DNA of 64,000 bases from an uncultured Gammaproteobacteria bacterium (lineage in GTDB: Bacteria > Patescibacteriota > Patescibacteriia > Magasanikbacterales > UBA922), in the NCBI GenBank assembly GCA_965231005.1, contig OZ246405.1, positions 1,095,829 to 1,159,828 of the forward strand. The letters are read 5' to 3'. This document shows, in pieces, positions 1-9,878 of the stretch (its first letter is position 1; every line of letters starts with the position of its first letter). The notes under the pieces are model-generated. The model was not told the DNA's origin and did not search any database. It saw only the letters and a program-made list of their open reading frames with translations. Made by a program: the position numbers and the translations under genes.

Positions 1-631
1 CACCTGGCCATATAGCCTTTGAAGAACCAAGTGTCCTTAGAATGGTGGTTGCGGCCCAGACAAAAAAGAATAATCCAAAAAACACCAATTGGATAAGCAC
101 TTCACTATCAAATATGCCAGAAAATTCAGATTCAGAAGGTGTATATTCACCTTGTGTTGCTTCAATAATACTTTCAACTCCTTGTTGTATTCCTGAACCA
201 AAATCGCCTTCTTTAAATTTTGGAATGATATCGTTTCGAATAATCACGCCAGAAAGTGCATCTGTTAAATTTCCTTCTAACCCATATCCAACTTCTATTC
301 TCACTTCTCTTTCATTTGGAGCAACTAACAAGAGTACACCATTGTCTAATTTTTTCTTCCCTATCCCCCATGCTTCAAAAAGATCTACAGCATAGTTTTC
401 AATAACATCTTCATTGAGACTATTTACTGTAACAACAGATACTTCTGTAGAATCACTTTCTTCAAATGCAGTAAGCCGATCTTCAATCTCTTGCTCAATG
501 GATTCTGGAATTACTTCGGCAAAATCAGTTACAAATCCAGATGGATTTCCTGGGGAAACAAAAGCAAAAACAGGTGAGCTGACAAGCACACCAAGGAGTG
601 TGACCAGGACACCTGTTTTATAGTTGAACAT
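1..631 (-). CDS. TPM domain-containing secreted protein (3' portion; gene runs off window start)
   Basis: Minus-strand translation from ATG at 629-631 gives MFNYKTGVLVTLLGVLVSSPVFA... (signal peptide) then ...GIGKKKLDNGVLLLVAPNEREV, a typical TPM/phosphatase-domain stretch; classic position downstream of lemA. No stop before window edge. Confidence 0.6.
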   Translation of the reverse strand, partial: MFNYKTGVLVTLLGVLVSSPVFAFVSPGNPSGFVTDFAEVIPESIEQEIEDRLTAFEESDSTEVSVVTVNSLNEDVIENYAVDLFEAWGIGKKKLDNGVLLLVAPNEREVRIEVGYGLEGNLTDALSGVIIRNDIIPKFKEGDFGSGIQQGVESIIEATQGEYTPSESEFSGIFDSEVLIQLVFFGLFFFVWAATTILRTLGSSKAIWPG

Positions 632-633
632 AA

Positions 634-1242
634 TTATTCACCAATGTTGAATTCGACTGCTGGAGCTTTGTCAGCACCAGCTATTGCTTCAAATAATACT
701 TTTTCAGATTCAAGACCAAACATTCCTACTAACCAGCGACCTGGGATTGCCTTTGCTTTAATATTGTATGCTCTTGTTTCATCATTGAATCGCTTTCTTT
801 CAACAGAAATTCTATTTTCTGTTCCTTCCAATTGATTTTGCAATGCTAAGAAATTTTCATTTGACCGAAGTGTTGGATAATTTTCAACTGTTGCAAGCAA
901 TCGTGTCAATGCAGAACTCAATTCTCCTTGAATATTTTGAAATTGTGCAAATGCTTCTGGGTTTGCAAGAATTTCTGGTGTGACGGTAAATTGACCAACT
1001 TTTGCTCGTGCATCAGCAACACCCTGAAACACTGCTCGCTCTTGTGAAGCAATTCCTTCAACTGTTTTTACAAGATTTGGAATTAAGTCGTATCGTCGTT
1101 GGTATTGATTTTCCACTTGTGCCCATGCCGTGTTTACGTTTTCTCCAAGACGAATAAATGAATTAAATGAACTCACGAGCCAAAGTGCAATAAGAACAAT
1201 AACACCAATGACTACGACCCATGTAAGATGTTGTTTCTTCAT
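634..1242 (-). CDS. lemA: LemA family protein (ORF extends to 1293; likely start MKKQHLTW at 1242)
   Basis: N-terminal TM helix followed by LemA-like region (NTAWAQVENQYQRRYDLIPNLV...). Start at 1242 avoids overlap with glyQS. Confidence 0.7.
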   Translation of the reverse strand: MKKQHLTWVVVIGVIVLIALWLVSSFNSFIRLGENVNTAWAQVENQYQRRYDLIPNLVKTVEGIASQERAVFQGVADARAKVGQFTVTPEILANPEAFAQFQNIQGELSSALTRLLATVENYPTLRSNENFLALQNQLEGTENRISVERKRFNDETRAYNIKAKAIPGRWLVGMFGLESEKVLFEAIAGADKAPAVEFNIGE

Positions 1243-1249
1243 ATTATAT

Positions 1250-2611
1250 TTATGTAAAAATACGTTTGTTAATATATGATTGTAATTCAGCAATAGTAAT
1301 GCTTTCTTGCTTCATTGTATCACGATCACGAACTGTGACAACATCTTTTTCAAGCGTGTCATGATCAATAGTAATACACAGTGGTGTTCCAATTTCATCT
1401 TGTCGTCTATAACGTTTTCCAATACTTCCTGTTACATCGAACTCACAACGAAATTGCTTTTGCAATGTTTCAAAAATTTCTTTTGCCTTTTCTGGCATAC
1501 CTTCTTTTTTCATAAGTGGAAGCACGGCAACATGGTATGGTGCCATATGTGGTGCGAACTTCATTACAACACGTTTATCACCATCCACTTCTTCTTCATA
1601 GTATGCACTTATGAGCATAGCAAGAAGTGTTCTGTCCACACCAAAAGTTGGTTCAACAACATGCGGAATGATCTTTCTTTTGTTATCATTTGGATCAGTA
1701 TATTCTAATTTTTGTTTTGAATGTTTTTGATGTTGTTGTAAATCAAAGTCAGTTCTATATGCAAGTCCCCATAATTCTTTCCTTCCAAAAGGAAAATCAA
1801 ACATAACATCTACTGTCTTCTTGGAATAGTGAGATAATTTTTCTTTTGAATGTTCATCTAAGCTTAATTTTGTTGTATCAATTCCAATACTCTCTGCCCA
1901 TTTCATTCTCCACTGCTCCCATTCATCAAAATACTTTTCCCATTCATTTTCCTCAACAAAATATTCTATTTCCATTTGTTCGAATTCAAGTGTTCTGAAA
2001 GTAAAATTTCCTGGAGTAATTTCGTTTCGGAATACTTTTCCAATCTGGGCAATACCAAAAGGAAGACGCATCCGAGTTGAGTCAAGAACATTTTTAAAAT
2101 TTACAAAAATAGCTTGTGCAGTTTCTGGACGAAGATAAATAACATGTTGTCCTTCTTCACCAACAGGAATCTCAAACATCCCACTAAACTGACGAGGTGC
2201 AGTAAGCTCATTTCCATCTGGACTTTTAATTTCCTTTTCTTTTATTATTTTTGCCAATTCATCTAATGGCTTTCCATCAACATCTTCCCCTGTCAATTCT
2301 TCAATAAGATGATCTGCTCTGTATCGTTTATGAGTCACTTTATCTTCAACAAGTGGATCATTGAACGTTTCTACGTGTCCAGATGCTTCCCACACTTTTG
2401 GATTCATAAGAATTGCCCCATCAAGTCCGACCATGTCACTACGTGATTCCACAACCTGCTTCCACCAATCATTTTTAATATTCATTCGTAACTGTGCACC
2501 AAGCGGACCATAATCCCAACTATTTGCCAGTCCACCATAAATATCAGATCCTGGGAAAATAAAACCGCGCCGTTTGCACAGTGAAACAATTGTTTCCATT
2601 GAAACTTCCAT
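1250..2611 (-). CDS. glyQS: glycine--tRNA ligase, dimeric alpha2 type
   Basis: 453 aa; N-terminus ...LCKRRGFIFPGSDIYGGLANSWDYGPLG... and class II aaRS core typical of GlyQS. Confidence 0.85.
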   Translation of the reverse strand: MEVSMETIVSLCKRRGFIFPGSDIYGGLANSWDYGPLGAQLRMNIKNDWWKQVVESRSDMVGLDGAILMNPKVWEASGHVETFNDPLVEDKVTHKRYRADHLIEELTGEDVDGKPLDELAKIIKEKEIKSPDGNELTAPRQFSGMFEIPVGEEGQHVIYLRPETAQAIFVNFKNVLDSTRMRLPFGIAQIGKVFRNEITPGNFTFRTLEFEQMEIEYFVEENEWEKYFDEWEQWRMKWAESIGIDTTKLSLDEHSKEKLSHYSKKTVDVMFDFPFGRKELWGLAYRTDFDLQQHQKHSKQKLEYTDPNDNKRKIIPHVVEPTFGVDRTLLAMLISAYYEEEVDGDKRVVMKFAPHMAPYHVAVLPLMKKEGMPEKAKEIFETLQKQFRCEFDVTGSIGKRYRRQDEIGTPLCITIDHDTLEKDVVTVRDRDTMKQESITIAELQSYINKRIFT

Positions 2612-2618
2612 ATTGGAT

Positions 2619-3170
2619 TTATACTGTTAAAATTTCTTTTTCTTTTTCTTCTCCTATCTTTTTGACTTCTTCATTATAATCCTTGACCATTTTGTCAAGC
2701 GAATCTTGAGATTTATACTTTTGATCTTCAGAAATTTCTTTTTCTTTTTCTGCCTTATCAATTTGTGATCGCACATCTTCACGAATTTTTCTAATACTAA
2801 TTCGACATTCTTCTAATTTTTTGTGCAATACTTTTATCAACTCTTGGCGTCTATCTTGTGTAAGCTCTGGCAATGGTAGTCGAATAAGCTTTCCATCATT
2901 AACAGGATTAATTCCTAAATCAGAATGACGAAGTGCTGTTTCTACATCTTGAATAAGACTCTTATCCCAAGGATCTACATTTAGCGTTTTGGCATCTTCC
3001 ACTGATATTGATGCAACTGCCTTTAGTGGCTGTTTTGCACCATACGCCTCCACAATAATATCCTCGACCAATGCAGGAGTTGCTCTTCCTGTACGCAGGC
3101 TTGCTATTTCGCTTTTTAGATGTTGAATTGACTTACTAAAGTTTTGTTTACTGTCTTCTATAATTTGCAT
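2619..3170 (-). CDS. frr: ribosome recycling factor
   Basis: 183 aa with RRF-like sequence throughout (…LVEDIIVEAYGAKQPLKAVASISVEDAKTLNVDPWDKSLI…). Confidence 0.85.
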   Translation of the reverse strand: MQIIEDSKQNFSKSIQHLKSEIASLRTGRATPALVEDIIVEAYGAKQPLKAVASISVEDAKTLNVDPWDKSLIQDVETALRHSDLGINPVNDGKLIRLPLPELTQDRRQELIKVLHKKLEECRISIRKIREDVRSQIDKAEKEKEISEDQKYKSQDSLDKMVKDYNEEVKKIGEEKEKEILTV

Positions 3171-3193
3171 ATAGGTATCGATGCGCTTATATA

Positions 3194-4291
3194 TTAATTA
3201 CTTGGTGGAATGGTAAAACCAAGGTAAAGAAAGTCCTTTTCAGGGTGTGCCCGAAGTACTGTAGGCACCTGACCTGAAGGTAATTTCTTCGTTGTCCAGT
3301 TTACACCACCATCGATACTTTTGTAAAATGTTGACCTACTAAAGTCCTTTAGTGTAGCTGCATAGTACATTTCTTTGTCATTCCTTGGATTAAGTGCAAA
3401 ACTATAGACATATACCGTTCCTGGAGGGGTAATTAGGTCAAATTTTTGCCATTCATTCCCTGCATTTGTTGAAAAAATAATACCGTATGTTGATAACCAA
3501 TAAACTGTGTTTGGTTTTGAAGGATGGAGAACAAATCCTCTATAATCTAAACCACCTGAAATACTTGAAAGAACATCTGTCAAATTAATCCATGATTGAC
3601 CACCATTGTCACTTCTGTGTAACCCTTCACTTCGCGTTGTAATATACAAACGATCTCTTTGGAATAAGTCTGCCTTTATTTCTACAAGAGAAAAACCAAA
3701 TCGTTGTATTGTTTGCCAGCTCTGTCCCCCATCTGCACTCTGAAGTAAGTCACCATTTGACTGCCCCATATATATTCTATATGGACTAAAATTTTCAAAG
3801 ACAAGTGATACTGCTGTCACACCACCACGGACTTCCCGATAAACTTCTTCATATGTTCGATTACAATCAACACTCTTGAAAATTTGTACACCATTTGAAA
3901 CATAAATGAGACACTTATCTTTTGGATGAACTGCAATTGAATAAACAAACCCATTATTTAGTGGTGCAAAGTCAGGTCGTTGCCATGTTTTTCCATTGTC
4001 ATAGGTATAGTACATTCCTTGTCCACGTGTTCCAACATACATTGTGTTTGGATCTTGTGGATCAGTATATACTCTATAAATATTTATATTTCCAATATTT
4101 TTGATTCCATCTGACTCTGGCAATGATGTAAGATGTGTCCAAGATTCTGCTTTATCTGCAGAAACAAATATTCCAGCTGGACCAGAAGTTACTACACCAC
4201 CACTTCCGTCATCAATACTTAAACAGCCAGCTCCAACAAAAAGTAAAACAGAAATAATAAGGAAAAAACGAGAAAAATTTATTTTAGTCAT
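3194..4291 (-). CDS. secreted BNR/Asp-box repeat beta-propeller protein (Ycf48/sortilin-like)
   Basis: Signal peptide plus at least six S-x-D-x-G-x-(T/S)-W Asp-box motifs (SADKAESW, DNGKTW, SADGGQSW, SDNGGQSW, TNAGNEW, SIDGGVNW). Confidence 0.5.
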   Translation of the reverse strand: MTKINFSRFFLIISVLLFVGAGCLSIDDGSGGVVTSGPAGIFVSADKAESWTHLTSLPESDGIKNIGNINIYRVYTDPQDPNTMYVGTRGQGMYYTYDNGKTWQRPDFAPLNNGFVYSIAVHPKDKCLIYVSNGVQIFKSVDCNRTYEEVYREVRGGVTAVSLVFENFSPYRIYMGQSNGDLLQSADGGQSWQTIQRFGFSLVEIKADLFQRDRLYITTRSEGLHRSDNGGQSWINLTDVLSSISGGLDYRGFVLHPSKPNTVYWLSTYGIIFSTNAGNEWQKFDLITPPGTVYVYSFALNPRNDKEMYYAATLKDFSRSTFYKSIDGGVNWTTKKLPSGQVPTVLRAHPEKDFLYLGFTIPPSN

Positions 4292-4302
4292 AGAAAATTA
4301 AC

Positions 4303-4360
4303 AATTAACAATTAGCAACTAACAATCCCTACTTAGCTTGTTAATTGCTAATTGTTATTT
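4303..4360. repeat. AT-rich inverted repeat (about 23-bp arms, 12-bp loop) of a dispersed family TTGTTAATTGCTAATTGTT
   Basis: aattaacaattagcaactaacaa ... ttgttaattgctaattgttattt are reverse complements with 2 mismatches. Same arm sequence recurs at 45688-45706; related copy at 25919-25960. Confidence 0.5.
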
Positions 4361-4368
4361 GTTTTTTG

Positions 4369-5331
4369 TTAAGGAATACATAACAATATTTGTTCAACCA
4401 AAAGACGTGGATGAACATTTTTTTCAATATAACGCAGTGCTCGCATAATCTGTTTTTCCATTTCAAGCACTTGTTCACGAGTCCAATTTGTTTTAACATT
4501 CACATCATGAATTACAAGATCAGTAATCCCTTGTTGTGAAAACCAAACATCGCGGACAAGGATACGCCAAAGTTGCAACACCGAATACATTTTTGTTCGT
4601 GTTGCGACATGATCTTTTTTGTCTCCAAACAATTCTTCGGCTGTTTTTATTTTATCAAAAAAAGGCATATTTAGAAAGCCGACAAACCGGTCAACTTCTT
4701 TTTGATAAGAAAGGAATGTATCTTCTGATATTGCCCATTGCTGAGCCAGGCCTGGAAGACCTCGTGAATATGCTGCATATGTCTCTGCCTGTTCCTTTTG
4801 AATACCTTGTGCCATGAGAGAAGAGGTGATTTCTGAACGTGACACAGAAAAAAAATATATTACTTGGCATCGAGAAAGAATCGTCGAAGGCAATGCATCT
4901 TCATTTGATGTTGTAAGAAATAGTATAGTTTTTTTTGATGGTTCTTCCAGTGTTTTTAACAGTGCGTTTGCTGCATTCACATTCATCTTTTCAGCTTCTT
5001 CAATAACACCAACTTTGTATCCATTTGGAATAAATGCACTTTTTGAAAAAAAAGCAATAAATGAGCGTAATTGTTCTATAGAAATATTTTTTTTGGTTTT
5101 TCCTGTCTTTTCATCCTGTTCTTGTTTGACTACATAAAAATCTGGAACCGTGTGTAACGCGTCTACTGATGTATCAAATACTGTTCCTGCGACATTATTT
5201 ATAAGCGTCCGCTTCCCAACATGTTCTGGTCCAACCAAACAATATGCATGAGCAAGACGATCATGTTTTATAGCTTGAGAAAAAAACTGTTGAATGGCAC
5301 TATGGCCAATGACTGATGACATAATACTCAT
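4369..5331 (-). CDS. holB: DNA polymerase III subunit delta-prime (AAA+ clamp loader)
   Basis: N-terminal ...AYCLVGPEHVGKRTL... Walker A-like P-loop and clamp-loader-like architecture, 320 aa. Confidence 0.55.
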   Translation of the reverse strand: MSIMSSVIGHSAIQQFFSQAIKHDRLAHAYCLVGPEHVGKRTLINNVAGTVFDTSVDALHTVPDFYVVKQEQDEKTGKTKKNISIEQLRSFIAFFSKSAFIPNGYKVGVIEEAEKMNVNAANALLKTLEEPSKKTILFLTTSNEDALPSTILSRCQVIYFFSVSRSEITSSLMAQGIQKEQAETYAAYSRGLPGLAQQWAISEDTFLSYQKEVDRFVGFLNMPFFDKIKTAEELFGDKKDHVATRTKMYSVLQLWRILVRDVWFSQQGITDLVIHDVNVKTNWTREQVLEMEKQIMRALRYIEKNVHPRLLVEQILLCIP

Positions 5332-5364
5332 AGGATAGCATACTGTTTGTATGCTCTCAATACA

Positions 5365-6471
5365 CTATCCAAGAAGAATAGCTGCGGTTTGTTCCCCACT
5401 TGTTTTCCAAGAAAAATGTTGTAAGCGTGCAGTACCTTTCTCGATCATGGCTAACCTTTTTGACTGATCTTCAAACACACGAAGAATCGCTTGTGCAATA
5501 TCATCAATGTCTAATGCATCAACATATTCTGCTGCACCACCACCAACTTCTTGCAAACTATTCCCCTTTGATGCAATAACTGGCGTCTCACATGCAAATG
5601 CTTCAAGAATTGGCAAACCAAAACCTTCATATAAACTTGGGAAAACAAATGCTGATGCCTCACATAACAATGGAATCACATCTTGTTGTTCAACCCAGCC
5701 AGGATGAATAATATCATCTTTATATCGATGAGATTGAATACAGTCTAAAACATCTTGATATCCATGTCCTGGCTTTCCTACAAGGACGAATTGTAAGTTG
5801 TCCCCAACTTTTGATCGCACAATTTCGAACGCTTGCAACATTCTTTTTGTATTCTTTTTTTCTTCCAACCGTCCAATAGAAAGAAGAAAAGGCTTTGTAA
5901 TATTGTATTTTTCTAAGACTTCACGTGTTTCTTGAACGTCTTTATTTGAATAAGAAATCTGATATCCATGAGGAACTATAGTAATCTGACTGTTCATATG
6001 ATTTGCACACGCTTCAAGTTCTGATTTTGTAAATTGGCTTGGAACAATGACCTTCCACAATCTTTTCACTGCGACCTTGGCAGACCAAAGAGAATACCAT
6101 CGCTCAAACCAGTTATAACTTTTTGGAAATGCCCTTGCAGCAACATCATGAACCATCATGACTGTTTTTTTCGGATGAATTAATGGGAAGACATGGGCAG
6201 GAATAAACAAAATATCTGGACGAGCAAATATCATTTCTAAACTTAGTCGAATCTGTGTCCAAAGCCGTTTTGGTGGCCAGTGAAGAACCTTTGACTCCCA
6301 ATGTTCAGGAAGATCTGCCAGTGTGCCTTGTAGCTTTTCTCGTGAATACAAAACAACATGCACGTGAGAAGGAATTGTCTGTTTTAACTCTTGAATAATA
6401 TGAAAAGCATAAGACTCAACACCGGTTTGTTGTGTTGTATTTGCACGACTTGCGTCTATACCTATGACCAT
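5365..6471 (-). CDS. glycosyltransferase family 4 (GT-B fold)
   Basis: C-terminal EGFGLPILEAFACETPVIAS motif typical of GT4 retaining glycosyltransferases; ORF extends to 6498 but MVIGIDAS start avoids overlap with ribD. Confidence 0.6.
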   Translation of the reverse strand: MVIGIDASRANTTQQTGVESYAFHIIQELKQTIPSHVHVVLYSREKLQGTLADLPEHWESKVLHWPPKRLWTQIRLSLEMIFARPDILFIPAHVFPLIHPKKTVMMVHDVAARAFPKSYNWFERWYSLWSAKVAVKRLWKVIVPSQFTKSELEACANHMNSQITIVPHGYQISYSNKDVQETREVLEKYNITKPFLLSIGRLEEKKNTKRMLQAFEIVRSKVGDNLQFVLVGKPGHGYQDVLDCIQSHRYKDDIIHPGWVEQQDVIPLLCEASAFVFPSLYEGFGLPILEAFACETPVIASKGNSLQEVGGGAAEYVDALDIDDIAQAILRVFEDQSKRLAMIEKGTARLQHFSWKTSGEQTAAILLG

Positions 6472-6475
6472 ACGA

Positions 6476-7588
6476 CTAGTATTCGTTGATAATACCACGA
6501 ACTTTTATATTGTTCCCGATCATCTCAACCTTCATCTGTTTTGTTTTTAATGACTGATCCAAATGTTCAATACCCTGTCCAGCAATTGCTCCTATTGAAT
6601 TTGTACCGCCAATAATTTTAGGAGAAATGTAAAAAAGAAATTCATCGACAACAAGTGGATCTGCAATTGTTTCATCATAAAATGAACCATGTACACCTGC
6701 TCCCCCTTCAACATACAGATGTTGAATATATTCTTTCCCTAAAAATTGAAGTAATTTTTTAATTGAAACTCTTCTATTCCCTAACACTTCTACTCTGAAT
6801 CCTTGTCTTTCAATCATTCTTCTTCGAGATGCTGATGCCTCTTCTGTGCAAATAAGGATTACATGTTTATCACGAAACACTTTTTTCTTAAGATCAAGAC
6901 GAAGATCTGAATCAATAATAACACGTGTAAGATTCTTTTTTGAAAATGAACCATGCGCAGCAAGTTCTGGATCATCTGCTAACACAGTTCCTGACCCAAC
7001 CAACACAGCATCTGCAATACTACGTTCTAGTCGTGCATCTGTTCTTGCCAGCTCGTTTGTAATCCATTTTGAATGTCCTTGTTTTGTTGCAATTTTCCCA
7101 TCAAGACTCATCCCAACCTTGAGACAAACATATGGCAAAGACGTTTGCATCCACTTAATATATGACTGATTTAATGAACGAATACGCTTGTACATTGGAT
7201 GAACAACTGAAACAGTATGAACATGAACACCAGTATTTGACAGTGCGAGAAGTCCTTTACCATTAACACGCTTGTCTGGATCGGTCATTCCAAAGACAAC
7301 ACGTTTAATACCAACAGAAGAAATCAAATCAGTACATGGTGGTGTTCGCCCATAATGCGAACATGGTTCAAGTGTTGTATATAATGTTGATCCTTGCACT
7401 GCGTGCTTCTTTTGAGCAGACTGGATGGCAACTACTTCAGCATGCTTTCCACCAACAGGACGAGTAAATCCTTCACCAATAACCTGGCCATCCTTTACTA
7501 ATACGGCACCAACAATAGGATTTGGAGATGTTGTCCCTATTCCGTTTTCTGCAATTTCAATTGCCCGTTGCATAAACCGTTGATCCAT
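6476..7588 (-). CDS. ribD: bifunctional riboflavin biosynthesis deaminase/reductase
   Basis: CMP/dCMP deaminase zinc motif HAEVVAI...TLEPCSHYGRTPPC followed by RibD C-terminal reductase domain. Confidence 0.8.
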   Translation of the reverse strand: MDQRFMQRAIEIAENGIGTTSPNPIVGAVLVKDGQVIGEGFTRPVGGKHAEVVAIQSAQKKHAVQGSTLYTTLEPCSHYGRTPPCTDLISSVGIKRVVFGMTDPDKRVNGKGLLALSNTGVHVHTVSVVHPMYKRIRSLNQSYIKWMQTSLPYVCLKVGMSLDGKIATKQGHSKWITNELARTDARLERSIADAVLVGSGTVLADDPELAAHGSFSKKNLTRVIIDSDLRLDLKKKVFRDKHVILICTEEASASRRRMIERQGFRVEVLGNRRVSIKKLLQFLGKEYIQHLYVEGGAGVHGSFYDETIADPLVVDEFLFYISPKIIGGTNSIGAIAGQGIEHLDQSLKTKQMKVEMIGNNIKVRGIINEY

Positions 7589-7596
7589 ATGTCCTA

Positions 7597-8802
7597 TTAT
7601 ACTTTTTTTAAAAGGTGCCCCATTTTATTTTTTTTTGTTTTTAGATAGTTACGATTTATATTATTTGGATTGATCTCAATAGGGACTTGTTCCACAATAT
7701 TCAAACCATATCCCTCAATCCCTGAAAGTTTTTTTGGATTGTTTGTCATAAGTCTAATATCACGTAGACCAAGATCAACTAAAATTTGGGCACCGACACC
7801 ATACTCTCTTAAATCGTCTAAAAAGCCCAAACGATTATTTGCTTCCACGGTATCAAGACCCTGTGTACGCTGTAATTCGTATGCCTTAATTTTATTAATT
7901 AAACCAATCCCACGACCTTCTTGTTTCATATATAAAATAACTCCTGAGCCTTGCTGAGCAATAGTTGACATTGCAGACGCTAATTGTGGACCACAATCAC
8001 AGTGGGCAGATCCAAATACATCACCAGTAAGACATTCCGAATGAACACGCACGAGTGTTGATTCTTGAGATATGTCACCTTTTACAAGTGCTATTTGTTC
8101 ACTGTCGTGAAGCAAATCTCTGTAAATACGAACCCCCCATTTTCCTGTTGAAGAATCAATAATTGTGTTTGCTTCTAATGAAATAAATTTTTCAGTTTTA
8201 TGTCGATATGCAATAAGATCTGCAATCGTAATAACAACAAGATTATGCTTTTGGGCAAATGGAATAATATCAGGAACACGCATCATTGAACCGTTGTCAT
8301 GCATAAGTTCACTAATAACAGCACCTTCGCGCAATCCTGCAAGACGACACAAATCTACTGAGGCTTCTGTATGCCCAGCTCGCCACAATACACCACCATG
8401 TTTTGCTCGAAGAGGAAATACATGACCAGGTCGAGAAAGATCTTGTGGCTTTGCATCTGGATGAATAGCATCTAATACTGTTTTTGCTCTATCTTGTGCA
8501 GATATACCTGTACTAATTCCCTTCACAGCCTCGATACTCACAGTAAACGGCGTTTCACGCTTTGATGTATTGTTTGATACCATTGGAGGGAGATTCAGCT
8601 CATCTGCGATTTCATTACTCAAAGACATACATACGATTCCGCCAGTATGACGAATAAAAAATGCCATCTTTTCTGGCGTTATATGCTGAGCCGGTATCAT
8701 AAGATCTCCTTCATTCTCTCTCCTTTCATCATCTAGGATGACAATCATTTCTCCACGCTGAATCGCTGCAATTGCTCGCTCAATTGTATGAAATTTGGAC
8801 AT
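7597..8802 (-). CDS. ribBA: bifunctional 3,4-dihydroxy-2-butanone-4-phosphate synthase / GTP cyclohydrolase II
   Basis: N-terminal DHBP synthase motif ...[13 protein letters not shown]... and C-terminal GTP cyclohydrolase II half; 401 aa. Confidence 0.8.
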   Translation of the reverse strand: MSKFHTIERAIAAIQRGEMIVILDDERRENEGDLMIPAQHITPEKMAFFIRHTGGIVCMSLSNEIADELNLPPMVSNNTSKRETPFTVSIEAVKGISTGISAQDRAKTVLDAIHPDAKPQDLSRPGHVFPLRAKHGGVLWRAGHTEASVDLCRLAGLREGAVISELMHDNGSMMRVPDIIPFAQKHNLVVITIADLIAYRHKTEKFISLEANTIIDSSTGKWGVRIYRDLLHDSEQIALVKGDISQESTLVRVHSECLTGDVFGSAHCDCGPQLASAMSTIAQQGSGVILYMKQEGRGIGLINKIKAYELQRTQGLDTVEANNRLGFLDDLREYGVGAQILVDLGLRDIRLMTNNPKKLSGIEGYGLNIVEQVPIEINPNNINRNYLKTKKNKMGHLLKKV

Positions 8803-8809
8803 ACACTAT

Positions 8810-9817
8810 TTACTTAGTCGCCATAATACTTCTCTTATAGTTATCAAGATTTTCCAATGCAACACCTGTTCCTTTTGCAACACACAGCATTGGTTCGTCT
8901 GCAATATAACAAGGAACACCTGTTGCTTGTGCAAATAACTCATCAAGATTTCGCAATTGTGATGAACCCCCTGACATGATAATCCCTTTATCCATAACAT
9001 CGGCAGATAATTCCGGCGGTGTTTCTTGCAAAACTTCTTTTATGGATTCAATAAGTCCATGCAAATCATTTTGCAATGCTTCTGTTGTGTCGTTTGATGT
9101 CACAGTAATTATTTTTGGCAATCCACTTATCATATCTCTTCCTTTTACTTCCATTTTCAAAGGATTGTCCATATACATTGCTGATCCTACTGCAATCTTT
9201 AAATTTTCTGCACTTCTCTCTCCAATAGCCAATCCATATTTTCGTCTGATGTATTCTGAAATTGAAACATCAAATTTATTTCCACCTATACGAACTGATC
9301 CTGATGATACTATTCCACCAAGAGAAATAACAGCAATCTCTGCAGTTCCACCACCAATATCAATAATCATGTGCCCGCTTGCACTTCCAATTGGAATATC
9401 TGCACCAATAGCAGCAACAATTGGTTCTTTAATAATGTATGCAGCACGCGCTCCTGCCATCATTGCCGCATCAATCACTGCACGTCGTTCTGTTGAGGTT
9501 ATTCCTGCAGGAACAGCAACCATAACCTCTGGACGGAAAAGACGAATACCACCAAGTGCTTTATTGATAAAATATCGAAGCATAGCTTCTGTTGTTCTGT
9601 AATTTGCAATCACTCCATCTTTTAACGGACGTTCAGCAACAATAGTATCTGGTGTACGACCAATCATATCTTTTGCTTCTACGCCAACAGCAAGAATCTT
9701 TTTATCATCTCGAGAGATTGCAACAACAGATGGTTCATTAATAACAATACCGCGTTTTGGTACATGAACCAACACGTTTGTTGTCCCTAGGTCAATTGCA
9801 ACTTTTTTTATAATCAT
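8810..9817 (-). CDS. mreB: rod shape-determining actin homolog MreB
   Basis: MIIKKVAIDLGTTNVLVHVPKRGIVINEPSVVAI... canonical MreB N-terminus; 335 aa. Confidence 0.85.
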   Translation of the reverse strand: MIIKKVAIDLGTTNVLVHVPKRGIVINEPSVVAISRDDKKILAVGVEAKDMIGRTPDTIVAERPLKDGVIANYRTTEAMLRYFINKALGGIRLFRPEVMVAVPAGITSTERRAVIDAAMMAGARAAYIIKEPIVAAIGADIPIGSASGHMIIDIGGGTAEIAVISLGGIVSSGSVRIGGNKFDVSISEYIRRKYGLAIGERSAENLKIAVGSAMYMDNPLKMEVKGRDMISGLPKIITVTSNDTTEALQNDLHGLIESIKEVLQETPPELSADVMDKGIIMSGGSSQLRNLDELFAQATGVPCYIADEPMLCVAKGTGVALENLDNYKRSIMATK

Positions 9818-9878
9818 CTAAAAAATTTATGGTACAAGAAAAATAATGATCCTTTGTGCTTCATTTGTTGTTTGTTCA

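Noticed and set aside
42-623. Plus-strand ORFs 42-395 and 414-623
   Set aside because: They lie antisense to a well-supported minus-strand TPM-domain gene (signal peptide plus TPM motif). Low-complexity Ser/Thr/Pro-rich translations are typical shadow ORFs.
4292-4365. CRISPR array
   Set aside because: The TTGTTAATTG repeats are inverted and not direct, have no regularly sized spacers, and occur as single units at dispersed loci. No cas genes are present.
8806-9602. ORFs 8806-9000 (minus strand) and 8976-9602 (plus strand) overlapping mreB
   Set aside because: They overlap the strongly supported mreB CDS and have no features of their own; they are reading-frame shadows.
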